Part shown: in pieces, positions 37,473 through 47,487 of the stretch | Layout: the number at the start of each line of letters is the position of its first letter | Numbering within the stretch: the first letter of the stretch is position 1 | Virus record (IMG/VR): IMGVR_UViG_3300013094_000025 | Location: 33,938 to 97,937 of that record | DNA: 64,000 bases | Source: a virus | Reading direction: 5' to 3' (one strand) | Made by a program: the position numbers and the translations under genes | The notes under the pieces: model-generated | What the model saw: only the letters and a program-made list of their open reading frames with translations | Databases searched by the model: none | What the model was told of the DNA's origin: nothing

Positions 37473-40400
37473 GTGAGCACTGGTATACCCCAAACATTAC
37501 AGAGATATAACGCACCTATTAGTACTACCGCGTTAACCGATAGTAGTGCCCCTTATTCTTTTACCGACTGGTATAACTCTCATCAGTTTATAACTATTGG
37601 TCAAGAATATCAGCTTTATAATATATATCTTACAAATTGGTTTAAAAATAATGCAGCTCAAACTAATAACACATCAACTCAATTACAGTTAAACTATCTT
37701 GCTTTACTAAGACAGTTACAAGTTTTCTTCTCTCAAGAAGAAACTCAAAATTGGTATAATAATGTTGATATTACTAATACAAAAGAAATATTATTAGCTA
37801 TACCATATTTTGCTAAAAAACTTAAAGAAATATCTATCTATTATTTACAGCTTAGAAAGCAAATAAAAGAAACACGTTTGAAATATAACCTAGCAGGTTC
37901 TGAAACAGGTATTAATCAAGAAGTACAAAACTACATACTTGATAACTATACTCAAAAAAATAACTCCTTAGTATCTTTACCTGCAACTATTTGGAATAGT
38001 ATACCGTCTTTAAGTTCAGTAAAAGATTATATTAATGTTCAAATTGAAGAGTTATACGATTCTCATTCTTATTTTGATCAATCTCCTACTTTGCCTGTTT
38101 CAGCGTATTACGATGTTAATAATACTGATTTATTAAATTTTCTTACAACAAAAAATTTAGCTTTAACATCAACGAATTGGATTTATAATTTAGGAGTTTA
38201 CTCCTTATCAACTAATCCGTTGATACAAACCTCTGTATTATCAGCTGATCCGGCTTTTCAAAATACTTTATATAACAATATATTAGCGTATAGTAACTTG
38301 TTAGCTGAAAGCTATATAGGTCAAAACAAATATATAGCTACAACTAATTACAACACTTTAAGTGTACAACAAGATACATTTAAAATACAGCTTGAAAGAG
38401 GTAATAATACATGGTACTGGCCAGGTACTATGTACGAGGATGTTGCTAAAACCTATCCTTACTATCAACCACAACTCTTAACTAATGCGGGTATTGAAAC
38501 ATTAGCTACAGGTGGTTCAAGTATTGATTTAGCTGATACTATTTTTGTACAGACATTAACAAGCGTTCAAGGTGCTTGGTTGTATAACCAACTATATAAC
38601 TATACTACATCTCCGATGGCAGCTACGCTTAATGCTAACGATAAAACGGTATTTGTTTATCCTTTCCCTGGCTATGGTCTATCTGCTGAAAACGTTAGTT
38701 GGACTGGTGTAAGTTTATCATCTAATCCTCAATTTACATATTTGAATCCAGATGTTAAGGAAGCAATTTTAAGTACATACTGGGCTTCAAACTTTACTCT
38801 TTCCGCTACTACAACTAATTTAAAAATTAACGATACTTCTCTTATTGATAGTAAGGCATTACCTAACACAAACTATGCGTTAGCTGATACAGTAAGAGTA
38901 CGTACTTTAGCACCAGATTATAAAAACCCTACAGAATTTGCTGACAATAGTGTAGGTGCTTGGTTATATAAATTTGTTAATACAGATATCTCTATAGCGC
39001 CTAATACTACTAATAAAATAGTTTGGCCGTTTGAACAAATTAATTCTCTATCAAGTTATCCGACATATTACCCAACTAATATTAATAACACTTGTTCACC
39101 AGTAGCTGTAAGTAGTCTTAATATAGATTTTGCCGTAGCTGGTAATGCTCTATCAAGTGCTGATGTTATATATAAAGTTAATAACTATCAAGCTACACCT
39201 GCAACAGCTCTACAATGTTGTTGGTTATCGGGTACTGAAACTACCACACCTTTACCAGGAAGTAATCTTTCTATAGATTTTGTTAATCAAACAACTTTAC
39301 AGTGTATAGTAAGTTCAGGTACATACACTCGTTTTATATGGAATGGAACAGATGGTACAGACCCTAATACTGTATTTTTATCTGTTAATCATCAACCGGA
39401 TTGTAAGTTAGTAACTACTCCTAATACTACATATAAAGATTATAACTTATGTACATGTAATGCTGTTTTATTTTCTCCGTTTGGTCAACAAGGAAGTACA
39501 TTTAACAACTTTAACGATTTTATTGTACAAGATACTTCTGACCCAGGTAGCTTAGACCTTACAACTTGGACTGATTTATCAGGACTAACAACAGCAACTT
39601 CTCCTAACTTTATGTGGTTTCAGACCAATAATAATGTTGGTTGGGGTAACGGACAATGGGTCTCTAATGCAGGTACACCAACATTAAAACAAGGTATTCC
39701 TTACATTTACTACCGTGCTAGTGATAATGATACTAGTGTTAATTTACCGGAATATGTTGCTCGTTATGATTACAATACAAACTCTTCAACTACATCTATT
39801 CAAGAACCAGTTTGGATACAAGCTACTCAAGATATAAACGGTAATTGGAATAGTACCGGGCAAGCATCTCAAATGATTATATCTCCAGGAGATATACTTT
39901 TATATTCAAGAGCAGGTTCAGTAGGTTATAATTTAATATCTTATCAAACAGTAAGTCAAGATATATCTCAAAATGTAAGTTCTATTTGGTCAAACTATGA
40001 TTATATGTCTATAGGTTTAAATTCTGTAGGCGTTGAAAAAACATTTCAAGTTACATATCCACAAACCGTTTACACTAACCCTGCTGCTTTAAATCTAACT
40101 GATACTTACAATCAATATCCGTTAATTAACTATACAAATATTTTGAGTTTTACTGTCTGGTCTTTATCATCAGTAACAGATAACACTATAACATATTTTT
40201 ATAATACGCCTTATTTTAGTTTTACACCAACTGCTACTGGTTTATACTATACCTCCTTAACAGCTATATCAGCTAATGGATTAGGTTTTGCTCATTATAC
40301 GTCAAATGGAACAAACGGTACAGGTATATCAGGTACATTTATTTTTAATAATATACCTCCTCTTACAGCTATTTCTAATACTACTTCAGTTCCTACAACT

Positions 40401-42620
40401 ACAGGCTATAGTGCATCTGTTCCAGGATTTGTTTTAAACACCTCATTAGTTGGTTGGAATTACGGTACGTTTAACTATTCAACAAATACTGATATTAATA
40501 ATGCTAATATAGGAGCCAGACCTTACTGGGGTAAAATATACGATCAAAAAGATCTAACAACCGGTTACAAAGGTATACAATCCCAAGGTACACCTTTACG
40601 TCTTGTTGACAGTTATAATATTTTAACTCAACCTGAAATTTCCGATATAGAACTTTATTCAGGATTATATTTAGAATATACAAATAAAAATATTGCGAGT
40701 ATAAATTGGACTCAATTTGTTAATCTAGCTACATACGTTAATACTAATACGTGGTGTACCTTAAACGTTACAACAACAACATCTAATTTAGGGTATCAAC
40801 TTAATAATATTAAAACGGAAGCAATTGTTACGCCAACGACAATACCGTCAAATATTATTTTACAAAATTACGTTGACACTCAACCTGTTGAAATCTTATA
40901 CAACGCTTTAAACCCGTTCGTATGGAATATAACAGCGACACCAGTTGATACCTTCACTGTTTATAGTAATGCATCAGCACTATTAGACATAAAAGCTTTA
41001 ACACCTTGGGCTAATTTCTCTAATCAAATCTTCCCTACAGTAGCGGCATTCCCTGCTTTTGATGGGTTATATAGTACAAACGATAGTGGGGAATATTTCA
41101 TACCTAGTAATTTAGGTATGTCTGTTTATGTTGATCAAAGCTATACAACAACACTTAATACATCATCAGTTGCGTTAACAGGTATATTTGAAGATATAAC
41201 AAAAACAGTTGGTATTCGAGGTTTCTCTCAACAAGATCAACCAACACCTTATACAATTACTCTTGAGAATAGTTCATGGTTAAAAGAAAATTCGTTATCA
41301 AATTCTATAGCTGGTAATATACAAAAAGATATTTTTAAGAAGTATCAAAAATTTATACCTTATCAGTCAACATATGAAACAAATCCTAATAACAAAATAG
41401 GTATTGTTTTACCTAACTCTAGACAAACACCTTGGGGAGGTGTTCAAGACTCAGAATGGACTGATACTGCTAACAGAACTGCTTCATTTGCAGGTGCGGA
41501 TAATGTAAATGCTTGGAACGGATCTCAAATACTAAAACAAAATGGTTTACAGTTAGACAACTGGGTTACTGATATTTTCGGTAACCAATACGGATTATAT
41601 AAAAATATAGAAAATGTAAGACCTGCTAATCGTAAATATGTACCAGGTCAAATCTGGACACGTAATAATTTACAGTATGTATCTCCTGCTACTACCTCTC
41701 TAACAGGGGTGTTTAATACATACGCTGGTATTAGTAGTAGTAATCTTTATAATGACTTAACTGGTGGTAACGTATTTAAGATTGATACATTCTTTGATAT
41801 TCTTTATGTTGAAACATCTGGTTGTGCTATACTTGATAAAATCAATTACGATTTTACAAACGGTACAATATACAGTACTCCAGATGTATCAAGAGGACTT
41901 TCCCTTGCTATCCCTGTTACACCGAGCTTAACTAGAGAGTTTAACGGTTATAACTTCAACAATAGCGTATACGCTACAATGGGAGATACATGGTTCTTTC
42001 CAGATAATAATCAAGTAGTATTATCTGTTTGTGGTCTTTCAGGCACAAATTTAACTCCTGAGCTTTACCAGTACGATGTTTCAAATTATATTATTAAGAA
42101 AATATTCCCTAATAATGTATCAGATATTACTACAATTAGTAGTTTAAGTAGTCTTAGTCTTTCAAGTATACAGGCCCCGATACTTTCTTACAACGAGTTA
42201 ACATCTCAATATCTATTTGCTATATTAACTAAAGATATAAACAATAACGATAATTTAATTGAAATAGTTATTAAAGATCCTCAAGTACCTGTTATTAATA
42301 CAATAACAGTTTATACACCAAACAGTGCAACAGCTATAGTTGATCCTCCTGCTATTTTACAGAATCTCAATATAACATTAAGTGCAAATACACCTTTTAG
42401 TTATACTTTAGTACCTGATAAACCTGCTAGTAGTTTTGTAGTACCTAACCCTCCTTCATGGTTAACATTTACAACTATACCTACTGCTTATAATAATTTT
42501 TACGGTAATTTTAATTTAACAACCCCTAGCTTAACTGGTATATATAATATACCGTTTTATGTAAGCAATAATATTGGACCAACATACTACACACTTACAT
42601 TAAATGTAACTAGTCAATAA
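37473..42620 (+). CDS. very large virion/baseplate protein (1715 aa)
   Basis: Long S/T/N-rich ORF within the baseplate cluster; WVTDIFGNQYGLYK segment. Confidence 0.7.
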   Translation: MSTGIPQTLQRYNAPISTTALTDSSAPYSFTDWYNSHQFITIGQEYQLYNIYLTNWFKNNAAQTNNTSTQLQLNYLALLRQLQVFFSQEETQNWYNNVDITNTKEILLAIPYFAKKLKEISIYYLQLRKQIKETRLKYNLAGSETGINQEVQNYILDNYTQKNNSLVSLPATIWNSIPSLSSVKDYINVQIEELYDSHSYFDQSPTLPVSAYYDVNNTDLLNFLTTKNLALTSTNWIYNLGVYSLSTNPLIQTSVLSADPAFQNTLYNNILAYSNLLAESYIGQNKYIATTNYNTLSVQQDTFKIQLERGNNTWYWPGTMYEDVAKTYPYYQPQLLTNAGIETLATGGSSIDLADTIFVQTLTSVQGAWLYNQLYNYTTSPMAATLNANDKTVFVYPFPGYGLSAENVSWTGVSLSSNPQFTYLNPDVKEAILSTYWASNFTLSATTTNLKINDTSLIDSKALPNTNYALADTVRVRTLAPDYKNPTEFADNSVGAWLYKFVNTDISIAPNTTNKIVWPFEQINSLSSYPTYYPTNINNTCSPVAVSSLNIDFAVAGNALSSADVIYKVNNYQATPATALQCCWLSGTETTTPLPGSNLSIDFVNQTTLQCIVSSGTYTRFIWNGTDGTDPNTVFLSVNHQPDCKLVTTPNTTYKDYNLCTCNAVLFSPFGQQGSTFNNFNDFIVQDTSDPGSLDLTTWTDLSGLTTATSPNFMWFQTNNNVGWGNGQWVSNAGTPTLKQGIPYIYYRASDNDTSVNLPEYVARYDYNTNSSTTSIQEPVWIQATQDINGNWNSTGQASQMIISPGDILLYSRAGSVGYNLISYQTVSQDISQNVSSIWSNYDYMSIGLNSVGVEKTFQVTYPQTVYTNPAALNLTDTYNQYPLINYTNILSFTVWSLSSVTDNTITYFYNTPYFSFTPTATGLYYTSLTAISANGLGFAHYTSNGTNGTGISGTFIFNNIPPLTAISNTTSVPTTTGYSASVPGFVLNTSLVGWNYGTFNYSTNTDINNANIGARPYWGKIYDQKDLTTGYKGIQSQGTPLRLVDSYNILTQPEISDIELYSGLYLEYTNKNIASINWTQFVNLATYVNTNTWCTLNVTTTTSNLGYQLNNIKTEAIVTPTTIPSNIILQNYVDTQPVEILYNALNPFVWNITATPVDTFTVYSNASALLDIKALTPWANFSNQIFPTVAAFPAFDGLYSTNDSGEYFIPSNLGMSVYVDQSYTTTLNTSSVALTGIFEDITKTVGIRGFSQQDQPTPYTITLENSSWLKENSLSNSIAGNIQKDIFKKYQKFIPYQSTYETNPNNKIGIVLPNSRQTPWGGVQDSEWTDTANRTASFAGADNVNAWNGSQILKQNGLQLDNWVTDIFGNQYGLYKNIENVRPANRKYVPGQIWTRNNLQYVSPATTSLTGVFNTYAGISSSNLYNDLTGGNVFKIDTFFDILYVETSGCAILDKINYDFTNGTIYSTPDVSRGLSLAIPVTPSLTREFNGYNFNNSVYATMGDTWFFPDNNQVVLSVCGLSGTNLTPELYQYDVSNYIIKKIFPNNVSDITTISSLSSLSLSSIQAPILSYNELTSQYLFAILTKDINNNDNLIEIVIKDPQVPVINTITVYTPNSATAIVDPPAILQNLNITLSANTPFSYTLVPDKPASSFVVPNPPSWLTFTTIPTAYNNFYGNFNLTTPSLTGIYNIPFYVSNNIGPTYYTLTLNVTSQ

Positions 42621-42628
42621 TTAATACA

Positions 42629-44041
42629 ATGTCGTACACTACAGGATTTACATTTTCAGCAGCTCAAACAGTTCCATCAAATTATACTTGGGATCAAGGT
42701 GTACCTGTATTATCTAGCACTTTAACAGCAACAACATCAACAAATAGTAACGGGGTAGTAATTGTAACTGGTTATGCTCCTTATCTTAAAGTGTTTGTTA
42801 ACAATACGTCAACATCAGACACTATTTACGGTCCAACAAGCCCTTACTATAATCCGAATATAACCGGGTTAACAACAACATACAATTGGAACTTTAATGA
42901 TTATTACAATATTAATTCTAATATTGTTTCATTGAGTGGTACTAATAATACTCCGCTAAGTACAACATATAATGCTTCTCATGTGTTTATAATGCCTGGA
43001 ACATATAATATATCTCTACAACATATACAGTCAACATTACAAGGAGTTACCGATGTTACATCTCCAGGTAATTGTTTTGGAGATTACGATATAAACTGGT
43101 TTTGGAATAATCTTGAATTTAAACCAAGTAGTTCAATAACAGGTATTCAAAATTTAACATATAAAACCTGGGATAGCTATAGTAGCTCTGCTTCGACACC
43201 TAAAACCTGGGACGGTCAACAGTATCTATGTATTCAAAATTATTGCTTTGCTTGGAATTGGAACTATTTAAAACAAGGAAGTTATAACCCTGTCACTTGG
43301 GCTCAATCTAAATCGACAGGTAAATACGCTAAACTCTGGTCTATAGAATCTAATAACTCTATATGTCAACAACCCGTCGTACCTCATAACGGCACTATGA
43401 CCGTTTATCAAAAATTGATAAACAATTGTATAGTTCAGGTACTTGAGATACCACCTACAGCTAGTATGTACAGCTTAACAAGTCCGTTAACAGGTGTTTC
43501 TCAGCTTACCGTACAACTTACACCAAGAGGCTCTATTTGTGGATCGTTCCCTATAGATAGAATAGATTGGAATTTAGGAGACGGCTCTCTTACTAAAACT
43601 GTAACTCGCTATTCCGCTCCTACAGATCCTGTTTTTACGTTTACAAATGTTTTTTCAGCTGATCCTTCTGATGTACGTAATTACGATATTACATATACAT
43701 ATTATCGCAATAGTACAAATACCTATCCAGTATTTTATCCATCTTTAACTTGCTATAGTGCTAATACAAATACAGCTAGTTCTTGCTGTATAACAGTAGG
43801 ACCTATTACTATACCTTTAGTACCTGCTAATGCTAATATATTAAAAGCAAGAAACGCTAATACAAAGGATAATATATATGTATTTGATATTAATGGTAAT
43901 GCTTCCTTCCTTACAACAGCTGCTGTAGCAACAACAGCAATTATGTTACCTACTCCTAACTTACCACCAACTACAATAGTAAGTCCAATTAGCTCTCCTA
44001 CCTTATATACAGGAAACAACGGTAATACACTGATTGTTTAA
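42629..44041 (+). CDS. virion protein with PKD-like domains and Trp-rich insert
   Basis: WNFND...HVFIMPGTYNISL and IDWNLGDG PKD motifs. Confidence 0.65.
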   Translation: MSYTTGFTFSAAQTVPSNYTWDQGVPVLSSTLTATTSTNSNGVVIVTGYAPYLKVFVNNTSTSDTIYGPTSPYYNPNITGLTTTYNWNFNDYYNINSNIVSLSGTNNTPLSTTYNASHVFIMPGTYNISLQHIQSTLQGVTDVTSPGNCFGDYDINWFWNNLEFKPSSSITGIQNLTYKTWDSYSSSASTPKTWDGQQYLCIQNYCFAWNWNYLKQGSYNPVTWAQSKSTGKYAKLWSIESNNSICQQPVVPHNGTMTVYQKLINNCIVQVLEIPPTASMYSLTSPLTGVSQLTVQLTPRGSICGSFPIDRIDWNLGDGSLTKTVTRYSAPTDPVFTFTNVFSADPSDVRNYDITYTYYRNSTNTYPVFYPSLTCYSANTNTASSCCITVGPITIPLVPANANILKARNANTKDNIYVFDINGNASFLTTAAVATTAIMLPTPNLPPTTIVSPISSPTLYTGNNGNTLIV

Positions 44042-44064
44042 TTTTTACAAATAAATAATCGATA

Positions 44065-45003
44065 ATGGCTAATGTTAATTACGCTACTCTTTCTAACCTT
44101 TCTCCTGTTGTATTGAATTATCAATATTATAGAAATGAAGCTCTTGCTTCTACAACTCACTCGTATAAGAATGGCTATAATACTTACAACATACAAGGGC
44201 TAACAAATTTTCAAGATGTAACTATTAACAAAAGTTCTTGTTTCGTTTTAACATCATCAGTAAATTTAAATAATATTTTTAATTCCCCTGTTACTGATAG
44301 TATAGGAGTTGTTCCAGGTTCCGTACTTCTTCAACCTCGCAACGCTGTTAATAACACTCAATACATTACATATAATAACACAGATGGTACGTTCCCTTTA
44401 AAGCAGCAAAGTAGTGCTTCCATATTTCATATATCCCCGATACCAAATACAAATCAAGTTGAGTTATTTATTAACAGTAATTATTTACAAGTAAATAGTT
44501 CTTATCCTTATAACGTTATTGTTAGCAGTACATCCCTTGATACTAATAATATTAGTAGACAAAGATTTTATGTTGTATATCAAAACAATACTATACAATT
44601 TTACACACTAACAAATTCAGGTTATAGATTTTTATCTCTTAATTCTCAAGATTTTAATTTAAGAGCTACAGGACTTGTTTTAGGTAATGGCGTATATAAT
44701 GAAAGTATTTTTAATTGTACACCTGTTACTACAACTTCAATAAAACCAGGCTTTGTACCTAATAACGATTGGGTAACATATTTTTACGATATTGAAACAG
44801 GTACAGAAAATAAAACGTTATCTGTTAATAAAGAATTTAGAGGATTAGCAACAAATCTTTTATTAGACTTTCCTATCGAACTAGCAACAGAAAGTGGAAC
44901 AATAACCGTTAATATAGCTAATTTAAAAACAAACTTAACACCGACTGGAGGTCCTGCACCTGTTGACAATACGTACACTAAGCAGGTTATTACAACTAAC
45001 TAA
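44065..45003 (+). CDS. virion structural protein (beta-rich)
   Basis: 312 aa; TAAATA at 44052-44057. Confidence 0.65.
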   Translation: MANVNYATLSNLSPVVLNYQYYRNEALASTTHSYKNGYNTYNIQGLTNFQDVTINKSSCFVLTSSVNLNNIFNSPVTDSIGVVPGSVLLQPRNAVNNTQYITYNNTDGTFPLKQQSSASIFHISPIPNTNQVELFINSNYLQVNSSYPYNVIVSSTSLDTNNISRQRFYVVYQNNTIQFYTLTNSGYRFLSLNSQDFNLRATGLVLGNGVYNESIFNCTPVTTTSIKPGFVPNNDWVTYFYDIETGTENKTLSVNKEFRGLATNLLLDFPIELATESGTITVNIANLKTNLTPTGGPAPVDNTYTKQVITTN

Positions 45004-45004
45004 T

Positions 45005-47470
45005 ATGTCTAATTTACAACAAAGAAATTATTATAAAATTTTTACCGGTACTAATCAGACAGGCGGTAATGATAAGATTCATTTAGGGTACGAAGCTAGT
45101 ACTAATGAAATTGTATTAGCATCAGATCAAACGACCTATTTTCACGTACCGTTTTTTGCCGCTACACAAACTCTTTCTAATTCTACATTAATAGGAGATG
45201 GAGCTGTAGCAGGTACTATACCAGCTTTAGCAGATAGAATTTTTAAAAAGCAGGGAGGTTACGGTAATACAACACCTTGGGGCAACTCTACAGTTCAAGA
45301 TGGTGCTTGGTTTTGCTCCTGGCTCTATGCTGCTACAGATAACGATACACCTATTTGGATAGATCGTTATTACTACCCAGGTTATATTGATTATGGAGAG
45401 GTACTAAGTGCCGGTTATTCCCCTTTAAATAGTGCTTCATATGTAAGTTCACCAACTCTATATTATGATGTACCCTCAACATTAACACTTGAACCTGGTG
45501 TATTATATCAGTATTTTCATAATGGTGAACAAGCCGCTTTAAGTGCTGTACAAACATTTGCAGGCCCTGATAACAGTAGATTAAGACTTAATATTGATAA
45601 CTGGAACACTACTACAATAGATAGTTCTATTTATAATAACACCATTACAATAGATAATCCTCAACCGTATTGGTTTGTCGGTTATAGTGAACCAAATTAT
45701 ACAGATAGAGATATTTTAAATTTTGCTAATACAGATTATATTAGTGCTAAAGTTTCGTATAATAAATCTTATAATCTTTCTAACGAATTTACTTTAACGT
45801 TTTGGGCATTTAATAGTAATTGGAATAACGCTACAAGCACTCAACTAGTTGGTAATTTAAACCGTGGAGGTTATAGTGTATTTTATAACAATTTAAATTA
45901 TAACCCATTTTACGTAATACCGGAAAGTACCTATGGTCATTTAATTTATTTTAATCAGGATAATAAAAATTACGATGATCAAAATATAGGATATAATATT
46001 AATCAACCAGTCAAACCAGTTGTAGCTAGTATTAATTCAAACTCCCGAGTAATAATTGCTGATGCAGATAATTCTGTTTTAGCAAAATATGATCATATAG
46101 GAAATTCGTTAGCGTATTCAAATACTATCTTAGGTATTACAAATAGTACGCAGTTAGTTATTGATGGTAATGATAATGTTATAGTTGTAACTCTATCCGG
46201 TTCATACTTATTTGATCAAAACCTTGTTCAACAAAATCTATTAACATCCTCTTATGCTATTTTATCTTCAACAACAGTAACCGGAAATAGTCAGTTAGTT
46301 TTTGATATAAACGGTAATATACAATTTATACAAAATAGTTTAGCTGCTATATACGATAATAATAACAATTTATGGACTGTAAATAGTAATGACGGTAATC
46401 TTTACCTTAACGGTATCTTGTATTATACGTTAAACAGCCCTACACCAACTAATGCTAACTTAGCAATTGATCCAAATAATAATCTTTGGGTGTTAAACGA
46501 TTCTCCAGTTGTTACTACAATTAATTTAAACACTAATATTAACAATACTTTTAATATAGGAATTCTTTCCCAAGATAATAAAAATATTAGTTTTATTAAT
46601 ACATATAACCGTAATACAAATAGTTTTACCTGGTATGCTTTAATTTATTTTAGCACAGAAGGAAATTTATATCAAGTAGATTTAAACGGTAATATTTTAA
46701 AAACAACCGCTCTAGCCACAACACTAGATTTATCAGACCCTTTAACAGCTAATCAAAACAATACTTTACCTAATATTACTTTTAATAGTAATGGAGATTT
46801 TACAGGGTATGAAAGAAGAAGAATTTTTAATAAAGTTCTGTTTCATAATAATAATCAGTTACAATTTAGAGTATCTGCTAAAACATCCGCTACATATAAC
46901 CCGTCTTATTATGTATATAATCTTTCTGTACCTGTACAGTATTTAGTAAATAATGCTTGGCACCTCATTACTGCTACTTATAAAAATAATACTCTTAGTT
47001 TATACATTGATAATCAATTAAGAAATACCTTGGTAATACCGAGTAATTTAACATTAAGTTACGATTATAAAAACGATATGTATATTGGTACACCAACTGG
47101 TAAAGGTGATAATTTAAATAATGAATTGCAAACTACATCTCTTATTTGGAATGGTGCTATAGATACAGTAAGGGTTTACGATTACGCTGTAGACCCATTT
47201 TTTATAAAATATTTTATACGTGAAAAAACAATAGCAAACGATATTGTTTGGAACATACCTACAACTACTCTTCAATATATTGAAAGTATTGATAAGTTCT
47301 TTAAGCATAGAGTTCCAGGTTCAAAGAGTTCATTCTTTAATTTAAGAATTTCTGGTACTCAAATTACTGATCCTGCTCTTCGTTTACAAATAGAAAACGA
47401 AATTATACAGACAATACAAAAAATAAAGCCAGCTTATACAGAGCTACTTAACGTTGAATGGATTAATTAA
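45005..47470 (+). CDS. virion protein with split LamG/concanavalin-like domain around a beta-propeller
   Basis: FTLTFW ... WHLITATY...LYID...IG...WNGAIDTVRVYD; IDxNNNLWV blades; C-terminal IKPAYT (gp7/tail-I-like). Confidence 0.7.
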   Translation: MSNLQQRNYYKIFTGTNQTGGNDKIHLGYEASTNEIVLASDQTTYFHVPFFAATQTLSNSTLIGDGAVAGTIPALADRIFKKQGGYGNTTPWGNSTVQDGAWFCSWLYAATDNDTPIWIDRYYYPGYIDYGEVLSAGYSPLNSASYVSSPTLYYDVPSTLTLEPGVLYQYFHNGEQAALSAVQTFAGPDNSRLRLNIDNWNTTTIDSSIYNNTITIDNPQPYWFVGYSEPNYTDRDILNFANTDYISAKVSYNKSYNLSNEFTLTFWAFNSNWNNATSTQLVGNLNRGGYSVFYNNLNYNPFYVIPESTYGHLIYFNQDNKNYDDQNIGYNINQPVKPVVASINSNSRVIIADADNSVLAKYDHIGNSLAYSNTILGITNSTQLVIDGNDNVIVVTLSGSYLFDQNLVQQNLLTSSYAILSSTTVTGNSQLVFDINGNIQFIQNSLAAIYDNNNNLWTVNSNDGNLYLNGILYYTLNSPTPTNANLAIDPNNNLWVLNDSPVVTTINLNTNINNTFNIGILSQDNKNISFINTYNRNTNSFTWYALIYFSTEGNLYQVDLNGNILKTTALATTLDLSDPLTANQNNTLPNITFNSNGDFTGYERRRIFNKVLFHNNNQLQFRVSAKTSATYNPSYYVYNLSVPVQYLVNNAWHLITATYKNNTLSLYIDNQLRNTLVIPSNLTLSYDYKNDMYIGTPTGKGDNLNNELQTTSLIWNGAIDTVRVYDYAVDPFFIKYFIREKTIANDIVWNIPTTTLQYIESIDKFFKHRVPGSKSSFFNLRISGTQITDPALRLQIENEIIQTIQKIKPAYTELLNVEWIN

Positions 47471-47487
47471 CGTACTAAATATTACCA